A stretch of 64,000 bases of DNA. It comes from an uncultured Gammaproteobacteria bacterium (GTDB lineage Bacteria > Patescibacteriota > Patescibacteriia > UBA10025 > JAHIVO01). The translations under genes and the position numbers were made by a program. The notes under the pieces are model-generated. The model was not told the DNA's origin and did not search any database. It saw only the letters and a program-made list of their open reading frames with translations. Positions 11,149 to 20,182 of the stretch are shown one piece after another. The first letter of the stretch is position 1, and each line of letters opens with the position of its first letter. The stretch covers positions 9,390 through 73,389 of the forward strand of contig CAYPXF010000001.1 of the NCBI GenBank assembly GCA_964415025.1, read 5' to 3'.

Positions 11149-11479
11149 TATCTTTCAGACTTTCTTTTCTGATAAATTCCTCGATTTTCCTTTCCATGCG
11201 TTTGACAATCACATAATTCCTAAACGTAACGCCAAAAAGCACGACAATGCCGACGATAATAACGAGATCAAACGTACGGCTGATACTAAACGCTTCCAAA
11301 ATAAATTTTACGCTTGTTGGAAATAAGACTACAACGACCAAGCCGATCCATAATACCTGCCATAAAATAAATTCTATTCTCCTAAATTCTCCCCGCCGGA
11401 AATGCAGGTAGCTAAAATAGATCATCCACAGCGCGAATAGTATAGCTAATATCTGTATACCGATCATATAATTCTCCAC
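11132..11479 (-). CDS. Small membrane protein, DUF2304-like, partner of the downstream GT2
   Basis: 115 aa with 3-4 TM segments, immediately 3' of and overlapping a dolichol-phosphate-mannose-synthase-like GT2. This is the usual DUF2304/GtrA-type pairing. Confidence 0.55.
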   Translation of the reverse strand: MENYMIGIQILAILFALWMIYFSYLHFRRGEFRRIEFILWQVLWIGLVVVVLFPTSVKFILEAFSISRTFDLVIIVGIVVLFGVTFRNYVIVKRMERKIEEFIRKESLKDIDPNA

Positions 11480-12126
11480 ATTAACATATTAAAAAATATT
11501 CTGATCCCGTCAATAATTGTCGTCCCTTTGTACCGGTCGGTATAGATTGTATCGATTGCTATTTCAGCGTGTGGGAGCTTATGCTTTCCGGCATTGACAA
11601 TCATTTCTGTCTCTACGGCATACCGTGATGAATTCCATTTTATTTTTTTATACGCTTCTGACCGTATTGCTCTGAATCCGCTTTGCGTGTCTGAAATGTA
11701 AATTCTAAATAAAATAGAAGTCGCTAACGAAAGAAATTTGTTGCCAAGCATCATGACTAACGGCATATCTTTACCTATTTTCCGAGAACCAAATACAATA
11801 TGCGCTCCCTTTTTTTCTACTGTCTCGATGAACCGAGGAATGTCTTCTGGTTTGTGCTGTCCGTCGCCATCCATCAGCACTATGATATCTGCGCCAAGTT
11901 TGATGCCCGCCTCACACCCGGTTTTCAGAGCCGCGCCTTTACCTAGATTTATTCTATGCCGTAAATACTTGATATCTTTACCAAAGCTACTAATAACATG
12001 TGCCGTATTATCTGTTGAGCCATCATCAACAATAATAATTTCATCAACATATGCAGCGGCCACTTTTATGATTGGCGCGATTCTTTTACCTTCATTAAAA
12101 GCTGGGATAACAGCGACAGATTTCAT
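11464..12126 (-). CDS. Glycosyltransferase family 2, dolichol-phosphate mannosyltransferase-like (polyprenyl-phosphate sugar synthase)
   Basis: VAVIPAFNEGKRIAPII...IIVDDGSTDNT, and the ~220 aa size matches the DPM1/GtrB family. Confidence 0.8.
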   Translation of the reverse strand: MKSVAVIPAFNEGKRIAPIIKVAAAYVDEIIIVDDGSTDNTAHVISSFGKDIKYLRHRINLGKGAALKTGCEAGIKLGADIIVLMDGDGQHKPEDIPRFIETVEKKGAHIVFGSRKIGKDMPLVMMLGNKFLSLATSILFRIYISDTQSGFRAIRSEAYKKIKWNSSRYAVETEMIVNAGKHKLPHAEIAIDTIYTDRYKGTTIIDGIRIFFNMLMWRII

Positions 12127-12140
12127 ATAATAATCATGAT

Positions 12141-13463
12141 TTACCTGCCTATGCCGCGATAAATTACTTTAGTTTTGGCAAATGCTTTTTTTGGCAAACA
12201 GTTTTTACCGTCAACAACTACCTTGACGCCTAATTTATTAAATAATTTCGGATCAAGCTCTTTAAATTCATTATGGTCAGTCACCACCACGGCTGCCTCT
12301 GCTTTTTTAAGCGCTGCTTCAATTGACTGTACATCAGACATATCCGGAAAATAGGGATCATACTGTATAACATCTGCGCCCTCTTTTTTTAGCAGTTCGA
12401 TGACTTTGAGCGCCGGGCTTTCGCGCAGGTCATCTACATTTGCTTTATACGATAATCCAAGCACGGCAACTTTTGTGCCGTTAAGCGGTTTTTTAATCTG
12501 GTTAAGCGCTTTCATCAGCGTGTTGACCGTATAGGCCGGCATGCTGTTATTAATCTCCCGGGCCAGCTTCAGGAATTTATGGTCAAATCCGGCTACCCTG
12601 GCCCGCTCTATCAAATAGTATGGATCGACCGGTATACAATGCCCGCCCACACCACACGAAGGATAATGCGCCATGAAGGCGAACGGCTTGGTCTTGGCCC
12701 CGTCGATAACGTCGACTAAATCAATGCCCAGCACCTCAAACGACTTAGCTAATTCATTAACAAAAGCAATATTAATATCTCTGAAAGAATTCTCAATAAT
12801 TTTAGTGGCTTCGGCCGCTTTGATGGATTGCATCGGCCTGATCTCGCCCTCTATTATTTTCCGGTAAAACTTGACTGCCAGCTGCAGGCCCTTTTTGCTT
12901 AGAGCGCCGACACAGCGGGGAATGTTGCGCACATTCCAATGCGGATCGCCGGGATTGATGCGCTCTGGCGCGTGGGCGAGGTAAAAATCCTTACCGCCGA
13001 CTAAACCTGAACCTTTTTCCAGAATCGGTAAAATTACTTCTTCGCATACGCCGGGATTGACGGTGGATTCCATAATGACCAGCTGGCCTTTTTTCAGGCA
13101 CTTGGCAACCTTTTTACTGGCCTCACGCACTGGTGTGAGATCAGGGTTGTGGTTTTTATCCACCGGCGTGGGTACGCAGATTATGATAATATCTGAATTT
13201 GGCAGGGAATCGTACTTGGTAGTGGCGGTAAACAGCTGCTGGCTCACCCAGTGATCAAGCTCGGCATCGCCTTTGATCGGCGATACGCCTTTGTTGATCT
13301 GGTTTATTTTTTTGGGGTCTTTGCCAATGCCGATGACTTCATAGCCCTTTTCCGCGGCCAGACATGCCAGGGGCAGACCAACATACCCGATGCCAATAAT
13401 TGATACTATTTCTTTTTTTCTGCGTTTTGACCTCCTTGCTTTAGATTTTGCTTTTTTTGCCAT
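12141..13463 (-). CDS. Nucleotide-sugar dehydrogenase (UDP-glucose 6-dehydrogenase family) with an unusual lysine/arginine-rich N-terminal tail
   Basis: IVSIIGIGYVGLPLACLAAEKGYEV is the NAD-binding motif, and catalytic cysteine context GGHCIPVDP is present. The first 18 residues are MAKKAKSKARRSKRRKKE. Confidence 0.8.
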   Translation of the reverse strand: MAKKAKSKARRSKRRKKEIVSIIGIGYVGLPLACLAAEKGYEVIGIGKDPKKINQINKGVSPIKGDAELDHWVSQQLFTATTKYDSLPNSDIIIICVPTPVDKNHNPDLTPVREASKKVAKCLKKGQLVIMESTVNPGVCEEVILPILEKGSGLVGGKDFYLAHAPERINPGDPHWNVRNIPRCVGALSKKGLQLAVKFYRKIIEGEIRPMQSIKAAEATKIIENSFRDINIAFVNELAKSFEVLGIDLVDVIDGAKTKPFAFMAHYPSCGVGGHCIPVDPYYLIERARVAGFDHKFLKLAREINNSMPAYTVNTLMKALNQIKKPLNGTKVAVLGLSYKANVDDLRESPALKVIELLKKEGADVIQYDPYFPDMSDVQSIEAALKKAEAAVVVTDHNEFKELDPKLFNKLGVKVVVDGKNCLPKKAFAKTKVIYRGIGR

Positions 13464-13480
13464 AGTGTTTCGAAATTTGG

Positions 13481-14527
13481 TTATTCCTCTTTATCATATT
13501 TCCAGAGCAATGGTTGCAGTATATTCTGGTTGGCGCGGACGTACTCTATCGTCTTATGCAGACCATCCTCGAGTGATATGAGCGGATACCAGCCCAGCTT
13601 TTGCTTGACTAAGCCAATATCAGGTAGACCGAGTGGCGTCATAAAAACAAGTGAGTTTTTATGCTGTATGGCTGATTCAGAATTCGTCATCTGTTTTATC
13701 TTTTTGGCAATTGCCTCCATGGCATGCTCTTCATAATGCCCGAAATTAAACGGTCCCATTTTATTGGAATCCATGAATTTGATCAATCCCTCGACAATAT
13801 CGCTGACATAGCAAAGTGAAGTAGTGAACTGCTCATTACCGTAAATAATCAGCGGCCTGTTATTCAGCGCCTGCAGCACAAAATCCGGAATCATATGCCC
13901 ATCAAACAGCGATAAACGTGGGCCGTAAGTGCGGAATATACGGGCGACTTTAGCATCGAGATTATATATATCTCGGTATGTTGCCACCGCGCTCTCGGCA
14001 TACCGCTTGCCTTCGTCATAACAGCTGCGCGGACCGGTAAAATCAACATAGCCATTATAATCCTCGCTAAACCGCGGCGCATCCTGGAATCGCGGACCGT
14101 AGACAACGACCGAAGAGGCAAACAAAAATTTAGCTTCGTACTGCTTAGCCATTTCGAGCATATTAATCGTGCCCACGCTGTTTGTTTTTAGCGTTTGTAA
14201 ACGCAGCTCATTGAAATTTTTCGGTGAGGTGGGACAGGCTAAATGGTATATTTCCTGGACGCCTTGGTATTTTATTTTAAACTTATCCAGCTCATGGAGC
14301 TGCTCGAGCTGCAACGGTTCGGCGATGTCATGCTTGATAAATTCAAAATTCGGCAGTGCCAGTAAATAATTAATATTTTCTACCTGGCTTGAGGAAAAAT
14401 CATCAACGCAAATTACATTGTATTTTTTTACCAGCTCGTCGCATAAATGCGAACCAATAAATCCCGCGCCGCCGGTAACCAGGACGTTTTTCTTGTTAAA
14501 TATTGTGCGGGCCTGCTGTTGAGGCAT
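13481..14527 (-). CDS. NAD-dependent epimerase/dehydratase, UDP-glucuronate decarboxylase (UDP-xylose synthase)-like
   Basis: VLVTGGAGFIGSHLCDEL...VICVDDFSS, and the size and neighbourhood next to a UDP-sugar dehydrogenase fit UXS. Confidence 0.65.
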   Translation of the reverse strand: MPQQQARTIFNKKNVLVTGGAGFIGSHLCDELVKKYNVICVDDFSSSQVENINYLLALPNFEFIKHDIAEPLQLEQLHELDKFKIKYQGVQEIYHLACPTSPKNFNELRLQTLKTNSVGTINMLEMAKQYEAKFLFASSVVVYGPRFQDAPRFSEDYNGYVDFTGPRSCYDEGKRYAESAVATYRDIYNLDAKVARIFRTYGPRLSLFDGHMIPDFVLQALNNRPLIIYGNEQFTTSLCYVSDIVEGLIKFMDSNKMGPFNFGHYEEHAMEAIAKKIKQMTNSESAIQHKNSLVFMTPLGLPDIGLVKQKLGWYPLISLEDGLHKTIEYVRANQNILQPLLWKYDKEE

Positions 14528-14789
14528 ATTTTATATATAATCTAATTTATAATTTTTAGAATTACGTAACGGCGTTAAAGTAAGACGTGCGCTGCAGAAG
14601 CGTGATGTGTATCGAGAAATGAGTTATGGGAGGTGGGGATAATTTATAAGGGTGATGTAATAGTGAACTATCTTAGCTCTTTATCAGCAAACTTACTAAC
14701 TTTCACTCCCCAACTCCTGCCTGACTCCGCGAGCCACCTGCGGGCAGGCATATCACATTTTTCGCCCACACTTCCGGCGCATTTACCTT

Positions 14790-15503
14790 TCAATAACTTC
14801 TGAATCTGATTTGTATGAGCGTGATAAACATAGAAATAATATTTTGAGCTAATTTGAACGGAGAACCGAGCGCCATTGAATCACTGCTGCTGTCTACCCA
14901 CACGGTGGGCACTTCTATAATATGATAGCCGCGCTTTTTCAGGGCGTACAGCAATTCCACATCAAAGGCCATATTATGGACGCGGAGCGTTGATAAGACA
15001 TCTGTAACCACTTCTCGTTTGAATATCTTGGCGCCGCACTGGGTATCAGCATAGGGCATCCAAAACAGTAGTTTCACTAGCGTGATAAAACCGATACTGA
15101 TGACATGGCGTAATGTGCTTCTATTCTTGATTACTGATCCTTTTTTCCAGCGCGAAGCAATCGCCCCGTCAGCTGATTTCCCCGCTTGATATACCCTGGC
15201 AAATTCAGCCGGACTGGTCGAGGCATCTGCATCCACAAACCCGACATAGTCCCCACGCGCCATGCCAAAGCCCTGATGCACAGCTCCGCCCTTACCAATT
15301 GGCTGCGGAATATTTTTATAGTAAACAATCCCTGGATACTGTTTGGCAAAAGCCTCGACTACCTCGATCGTATTGTCCCGACAACCGTTTAATATAACTA
15401 TGAATTCTGTGTTATGCTGGGAAAAATATTCAGTATATTGGGCTAGGGTTGCGCCAATCCGGTCTTGCTCATTATACGCCGGAATTACTATAGATAAGTG
15501 CAT
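14790..15503 (-). CDS. Glycosyltransferase family 2, polyprenyl-phosphate glycosyltransferase (GtrB/DPM1-like)
   Basis: Starts MHLSIVIPAYNEQDRIGATL and has DADASTSPAEF (DxD region). Confidence 0.8.
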   Translation of the reverse strand: MHLSIVIPAYNEQDRIGATLAQYTEYFSQHNTEFIVILNGCRDNTIEVVEAFAKQYPGIVYYKNIPQPIGKGGAVHQGFGMARGDYVGFVDADASTSPAEFARVYQAGKSADGAIASRWKKGSVIKNRSTLRHVISIGFITLVKLLFWMPYADTQCGAKIFKREVVTDVLSTLRVHNMAFDVELLYALKKRGYHIIEVPTVWVDSSSDSMALGSPFKLAQNIISMFITLIQIRFRSY

Positions 15504-15561
15504 ATGATGGATTCAATTATACCGAATTTCACCCTATTTGGCAACAGCGCCTGCCAAATAC

Positions 15562-16011
15562 TCACCTTTTAAACGTCCAGTATTTGTTGCCAAAATAATT
15601 ACTAAACAGGACAATCAAAATTGCTGATATTTTAGCGAAAAAATCCTCATATAATCCAAATAATGTTTCTAATCTGGTAAACTCGATTATGCTGTAGGTA
15701 ATACCGAGATTTATTAAATAATTTATCGCGCTTACGGTAACAAATTTTACATATTCACTCCTGGCTTGTCCACTATTCCAGCGTCGGAACGTCCATAATT
15801 TATTAAAAATAAAGTTACTGAAAATAGCTAAAAACACGCTGATGGCCGTAGCGTACAGATAATACATACCAGCCGCGCGCGTGAGTAACGTATACGTAGT
15901 AAAATCAACTATGGCGCCGCTCACACCTACTATGCTGAATTTTGCGAATTCATATACCACGGGCTTATTGCTGGCTATGGCCTGAATTTTATTCAACGAC
16001 TGTTTAATCAT
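15562..16011 (-). CDS. GtrA-family membrane protein (polysaccharide synthesis / flippase-like)
   Basis: 149 aa with 4 TM segments. FAKFSIVGVSGAIVDFTTYTLL...NFIFNKLWTF is the GtrA signature. Its start ATG overlaps the stop of the upstream protease (ATGA). Confidence 0.75.
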   Translation of the reverse strand: MIKQSLNKIQAIASNKPVVYEFAKFSIVGVSGAIVDFTTYTLLTRAAGMYYLYATAISVFLAIFSNFIFNKLWTFRRWNSGQARSEYVKFVTVSAINYLINLGITYSIIEFTRLETLFGLYEDFFAKISAILIVLFSNYFGNKYWTFKR

Positions 16012-18152
16012 CGTATAGTCGCCACATTAACCCCGCCCCGGAACGTCTCGGCATAGGCGAAAAAGTGCGACTGCAGCTGGCCCTGGTAATTAAATACCCT
16101 GACATGCGGACCGCCGGTAAATCCGGCACCCGCGATAATCTCCGCGGTCCCGTCTCCGTCTAAGTCTCCTGCTGCTACGTTCACCCCGCCCCGGAACGTC
16201 TCGGCATAGGCGAAAAAGTGCGACTGCAGCTGGCCCTGGTAATTAAATACCCTGACATGCGGACCGCCGGTAAATCCGGCACCCGCGATAATCTCCGCGG
16301 TCCCGTCTCCGTCTAAGTCTCCTGCTGCTACGTTCACCCCGCCCCGGAACGTCTCGGCATAGGCGAATAATTCTGTTTGTTCATTGCCATATATATCAAA
16401 CACTCTAATATGCGGACCACCGCCATTGCCGGCTCCGGTGATTATTTCATCAATACCGTCGCCGTCGACATCGCCGGCCGCCACGTGGACTCCGCCGCGG
16501 AATGTCTCGGCATAGGCAAAGAACTGACTAATGACGCTGCCGTCCTGTTTAAATACTCTGACCTGCGGACCACCGCCATTGCCGGCTCCGGTGATTATTT
16601 CATCAATACCATCGCCGTCGACATCGCCGGCCGCCACGTGGACTCCGCCGCGGAATGATTCTCCATAAGCAAAAAATTGGCTGATCACCTCTCCGTTTGT
16701 CCTGAATAACCGAACCTGCGGCCCGCCAGTATCACCTGCGCCGGTGATAATCTCGTGAAAGCCATTCCCGTCAGTATCACCAGAGGCAACATATACCCCT
16801 CCCCGGAATTGTTCGCCATAAGCGAAAAAGTGCGACTGGAGTTCACCGTACAGATCAAACTGCCTGACATGAGGCCCGCCGGTATATCCCGCACCGACGA
16901 CAATATTTTCTGACGCTGGAATTAAATTGCCAAATACAGCGCCGATATTGATCCGTCCTGCTCCCAGTCCAGCTTCTGAAACAGCAGCAGCGTGGGATTT
17001 TAGCATTTGTTCGATTTGCGCATTAGTAAGGAGCGGGTTATGCGCTTTTATCAGTGCGGCAGAACCGGCTACCACCGGTGTCGCCAGCGACGTTCCTGAC
17101 CAGCCACTGGCATAATACGATTCGAGGCTTTGGTCCGGCGCATAGACTATAGTTGACAGGTAGCTTGTCGCTGGTGCGGCAATATCTACGCATGTATCGC
17201 CGTAATTTGAGGCATTGCTTATTTGGCTGTTAGCGTATGTTTTGAAACGGGCGTCATTCTGATCAGTTCCGCCAACACCAATCACATTGTCGTTGCACAC
17301 CGGGTAGCGGGGCTGTTGGTCTAGATTTATATTGTTATTCCCGGCGGCGGCAAAAATCATGACACCGGCCGCGGTAGCTTCATTAATAATTTGCGCTAAT
17401 ACGGTGTCAGTCTCATTGCCGACAAAACTTAGATTAATAATATCCGCTCCATTGCGCATGGCATACCGTACCCCGGCAGCAATATCACCAGTATCTCCCA
17501 TGCCCGCGTCATTCAGCACCCGAACGCTCATCATGCGTACGGTCCAATTCATGCCAGTTATGCCTTTGTTATTATTGCCCTTGGCCCCGGCAATACCGGC
17601 CACGACGCTCCCGTGATGCACTGCTGCGGCAGTCCATGATCCGCTGAACTGCGGCTGGGGGTCGTTTTGGTCACCGACAAAATCCCAGCCATAATAATCG
17701 TCTACATACCCATTTGCGTCATCGTCTATGCTATTGTTCGGTATTTCATCAGTATTATGCCAAATATTTTGCTGGAGGTCCGGATGGTCTAGATCAATAC
17801 CAGTATCCAGCACCGCTATGACAATACCGTCATCACCAGTGGTGGTATCCCATGCTTGCGGGGCATTAACTTTTTCTAAATACCACTGGTTTTGGTAATA
17901 GGTATCACCTGGCACAACTGCTAACTCGTAAGTGCGGTTTTCCCCTGCGTAGTCTACAACAGGATCAGCATTTAGACGCTGGAGCAATGCGCCAGTGTCT
18001 TCGTGTGAACCGAGCCGTACCGTATGAAATGTTTCCTGATGCTTTAGTTTGACGACAATGCTGTTTCCTTTTGGCGGGCTAGCCACCGCTGGCTGTCCCA
18101 GCAGCAGTCCGCACGCGATTACTGGTAGTAGTACAGTGGCTAATACTTTCAT
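16008..18152 (-). CDS. Secreted subtilisin-like serine protease (peptidase S8) with C-terminal FG-GAP/VCBS-type 51-aa repeats
   Basis: Signal peptide MKVLATVLLPVIACGLLLGQPAVA. The catalytic triad contexts are VLDTGID (Asp), HGSVVAGIAGA (His) and GTSLATPVVAGSAAL (Ser). There are about 6 repeats of FFAYAETFRGGVxVAAGDxDGDG..EIIxGAG.GGP.VRVF. Confidence 0.85.
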   Translation of the reverse strand: MKVLATVLLPVIACGLLLGQPAVASPPKGNSIVVKLKHQETFHTVRLGSHEDTGALLQRLNADPVVDYAGENRTYELAVVPGDTYYQNQWYLEKVNAPQAWDTTTGDDGIVIAVLDTGIDLDHPDLQQNIWHNTDEIPNNSIDDDANGYVDDYYGWDFVGDQNDPQPQFSGSWTAAAVHHGSVVAGIAGAKGNNNKGITGMNWTVRMMSVRVLNDAGMGDTGDIAAGVRYAMRNGADIINLSFVGNETDTVLAQIINEATAAGVMIFAAAGNNNINLDQQPRYPVCNDNVIGVGGTDQNDARFKTYANSQISNASNYGDTCVDIAAPATSYLSTIVYAPDQSLESYYASGWSGTSLATPVVAGSAALIKAHNPLLTNAQIEQMLKSHAAAVSEAGLGAGRINIGAVFGNLIPASENIVVGAGYTGGPHVRQFDLYGELQSHFFAYGEQFRGGVYVASGDTDGNGFHEIITGAGDTGGPQVRLFRTNGEVISQFFAYGESFRGGVHVAAGDVDGDGIDEIITGAGNGGGPQVRVFKQDGSVISQFFAYAETFRGGVHVAAGDVDGDGIDEIITGAGNGGGPHIRVFDIYGNEQTELFAYAETFRGGVNVAAGDLDGDGTAEIIAGAGFTGGPHVRVFNYQGQLQSHFFAYAETFRGGVNVAAGDLDGDGTAEIIAGAGFTGGPHVRVFNYQGQLQSHFFAYAETFRGGVNVATIR
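16031..16367. repeat. Tandem 153-bp direct repeat. Two units are 100% identical (16031-16183 and 16184-16336) and a 31-bp third partial copy follows. The repeat encodes the last FG-GAP units of the protease.
   Basis: Direct reading of the sequence. The period is 153 bp (51 codons). Identity breaks at 16368 into older, diverged units. Confidence 0.9.
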
Positions 18153-18163
18153 ATAGGTGTTCC

Positions 18164-19405
18164 TTATTGGCTGGTCAGCGTGAGCAATGTTTGCTCTGTA
18201 GCGCCATCACGCACATAGGTAACAGTCACCTGACTGCCCGGTGTGTATTGTTTAAGTATGATGTCCAGCGATACGTCATTAGTAATGGCAGTATCGTCAA
18301 TCGCTGTAATTATGTCACCGGCCTGTAAATCAGATCCAGCCGCCGGACTGCCGGGGATAATCGCCTCCTGATCAGCCGTAACCGCACTGATTAATGCGCC
18401 ATTTAATATACCGTACGTCTGTTCGCCCAGGCCGATTACGTCATCGAGTAAAACATAACGAACACCAAACTGCGGTCGCAGCAGGTCACTGTCTGTTAAT
18501 ATGTTCTGTAATATCGGGCGGATATGGTACAGCGGCAATACCGTACTGTTCATCTCACCGGCGCTTATCCCGATGATCTCTCCTTCAGCGGTCACTACCA
18601 GTGATCCGGGCATTATCAAATTTGCACTGTCTAATAACAGCCGTTCGCTGAACTGCTCGCTCGATCGCTGCAATGATGCAGTGTCAGTAACAGGATGATA
18701 ATCAGTGTCTACGGCTGTTGCTGGAGTAACTATTACCTGCTGCTGTTGGCCGCTTTTATTGACTGCGTAGACAGCCGCCGGCGCGCTCGTATCCTCTGCT
18801 GAAGCAATCTGAACGGTTGAGAGATTTGCGGCATCGATTTTCATAAAAATCATGCCGGTAGCCGGATCAGAACGCAGGGCGATAGTTTGGTACAGTCCTC
18901 CGTCATGCACCAACACATGGTACGTGCCGGACGTGTCCAGTGCTGCGGATGTCACTAAATACCCGTCCTGTGTCAGCACAAAAGCAGTGCCAAGCGCTTC
19001 TGCGGCAATATGTGATTCTGCTGCTGTGGTAATGTTTCGTTCGCTAAATATGAGCGCCATGGACGGCGCGGTAGCTATAACTTGTCGGGGAATTTCCTGT
19101 GCCTCCTGCTGCTGACGTACTGGAGTGACGGTAATGCCGTTACCGTCGTGATTAAGCGTGATTATGCCCAGCTCGTTTAAAAAAGGAATGTCAGCACCAT
19201 AGGCAAAGAGCAATAATAATCCTAAAATACCGCCAATCACTCCAAACAGGGCGGCAACTATGACAGTGACAATCCTGCCGCCAGCTAATTGCTGACGAGG
19301 TTTTTCAATCGTGGCTAATTCCTCTTTATAAAGAGAGTTAATCTCTTCATCTTTTTGATACTTTTGCTGGGCTTTTGGTGAAGTGGGGCTTGTTTTTGAT
19401 TTCAT
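18164..19405 (-). CDS. Membrane-anchored HtrA/DegP-like protein with a C-terminal PDZ domain. It is possibly catalytically inactive.
   Basis: N-terminal cytoplasmic tail plus one TM helix. The central region aligns by eye to the DegP protease domain, but the triad positions read TSAALD (His missing), GMIFMKI (Asp missing) and MPGSLVV (Ser shifted). The C-terminal PDZ region (GxxxGDIITAIDDTAI) is intact. Confidence 0.5.
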   Translation of the reverse strand: MKSKTSPTSPKAQQKYQKDEEINSLYKEELATIEKPRQQLAGGRIVTVIVAALFGVIGGILGLLLLFAYGADIPFLNELGIITLNHDGNGITVTPVRQQQEAQEIPRQVIATAPSMALIFSERNITTAAESHIAAEALGTAFVLTQDGYLVTSAALDTSGTYHVLVHDGGLYQTIALRSDPATGMIFMKIDAANLSTVQIASAEDTSAPAAVYAVNKSGQQQQVIVTPATAVDTDYHPVTDTASLQRSSEQFSERLLLDSANLIMPGSLVVTAEGEIIGISAGEMNSTVLPLYHIRPILQNILTDSDLLRPQFGVRYVLLDDVIGLGEQTYGILNGALISAVTADQEAIIPGSPAAGSDLQAGDIITAIDDTAITNDVSLDIILKQYTPGSQVTVTYVRDGATEQTLLTLTSQ

Positions 19406-19417
19406 AATACATATTTA

Positions 19418-20182
19418 TTAATACCAACGCGCAGTAATAATCGCCATAATGATTAGCGCGGCACTTGTGAAAATATATCGTCGAGCATTTTTCTGATCAA
19501 ATACATCACGCAAAACATCTTTGGCTATGTTAATAAGTACATAATACATTATTACCACAATAAATCCATTCAGGATAAAGCTGGTTGGTAACAGCCCGAC
19601 GGCATAATACCCTTGCGCCGCCATAATGCTGATAATAATAATATAGAGACGGCTCTGGTGCCAGGATATTTTATATGACCAAAACGTCCTCGCGGCTAAT
19701 ATCATGGTCAGTAGCAATGCGGCTACGACGCCTATCCAATGCGGCCAGCTAAGGAATAAACGCATGCCATACAGCGCGGAATAAAATAAAAACAAACTGA
19801 CCATGTTGACGTAGCTATATATGTTTTCTAAAGCGTACGGCTGGTATGATTCTGATTGGTAAAGAAATGAAAAGATATTGCGTAATATAAAATAGTAGAG
19901 CAGTACGATCCCGATGCTGTACAATTGCCGCAGGGTAGCGTCATTAATAATCAGAAAAAAGGCAAACGATCCAGCGACGAAAAGGAAAGGCGACGGTAGA
20001 AAACTGACGAACAGCCATATTGAGCGTCGTCCACTCGTCAGTGCCCAAATCGATCCTACCACTATCACCGCGAGTGATCCGGCGATGTAAAATGTTGCCG
20101 CGGGATACTTGTTCCATATTTGAAAAACAATAAATATTGCTATAGCGCTCAATAACGGGATTGCTCGGTATAATAATATCAT
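19418..20182 (-). CDS. Integral membrane protein of unknown function
   Basis: 254 aa with about 7 hydrophobic helices, co-directional with and abutting the bPH-domain gene. Confidence 0.4.
   Translation of the reverse strand: MILLYRAIPLLSAIAIFIVFQIWNKYPAATFYIAGSLAVIVVGSIWALTSGRRSIWLFVSFLPSPFLFVAGSFAFFLIINDATLRQLYSIGIVLLYYFILRNIFSFLYQSESYQPYALENIYSYVNMVSLFLFYSALYGMRLFLSWPHWIGVVAALLLTMILAARTFWSYKISWHQSRLYIIIISIMAAQGYYAVGLLPTSFILNGFIVVIMYYVLINIAKDVLRDVFDQKNARRYIFTSAALIIMAIITARWY

Noticed and set aside
13390-13463. A perfect AAGGAGGT Shine-Dalgarno inside the 5' end of the dehydrogenase ORF suggested a downstream true start.
   Set aside because: No ATG/GTG/TTG lies 5-10 nt after it. It simply encodes the ARR of the basic tail. 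The annotated ATG was kept and the tail flagged as unusual.
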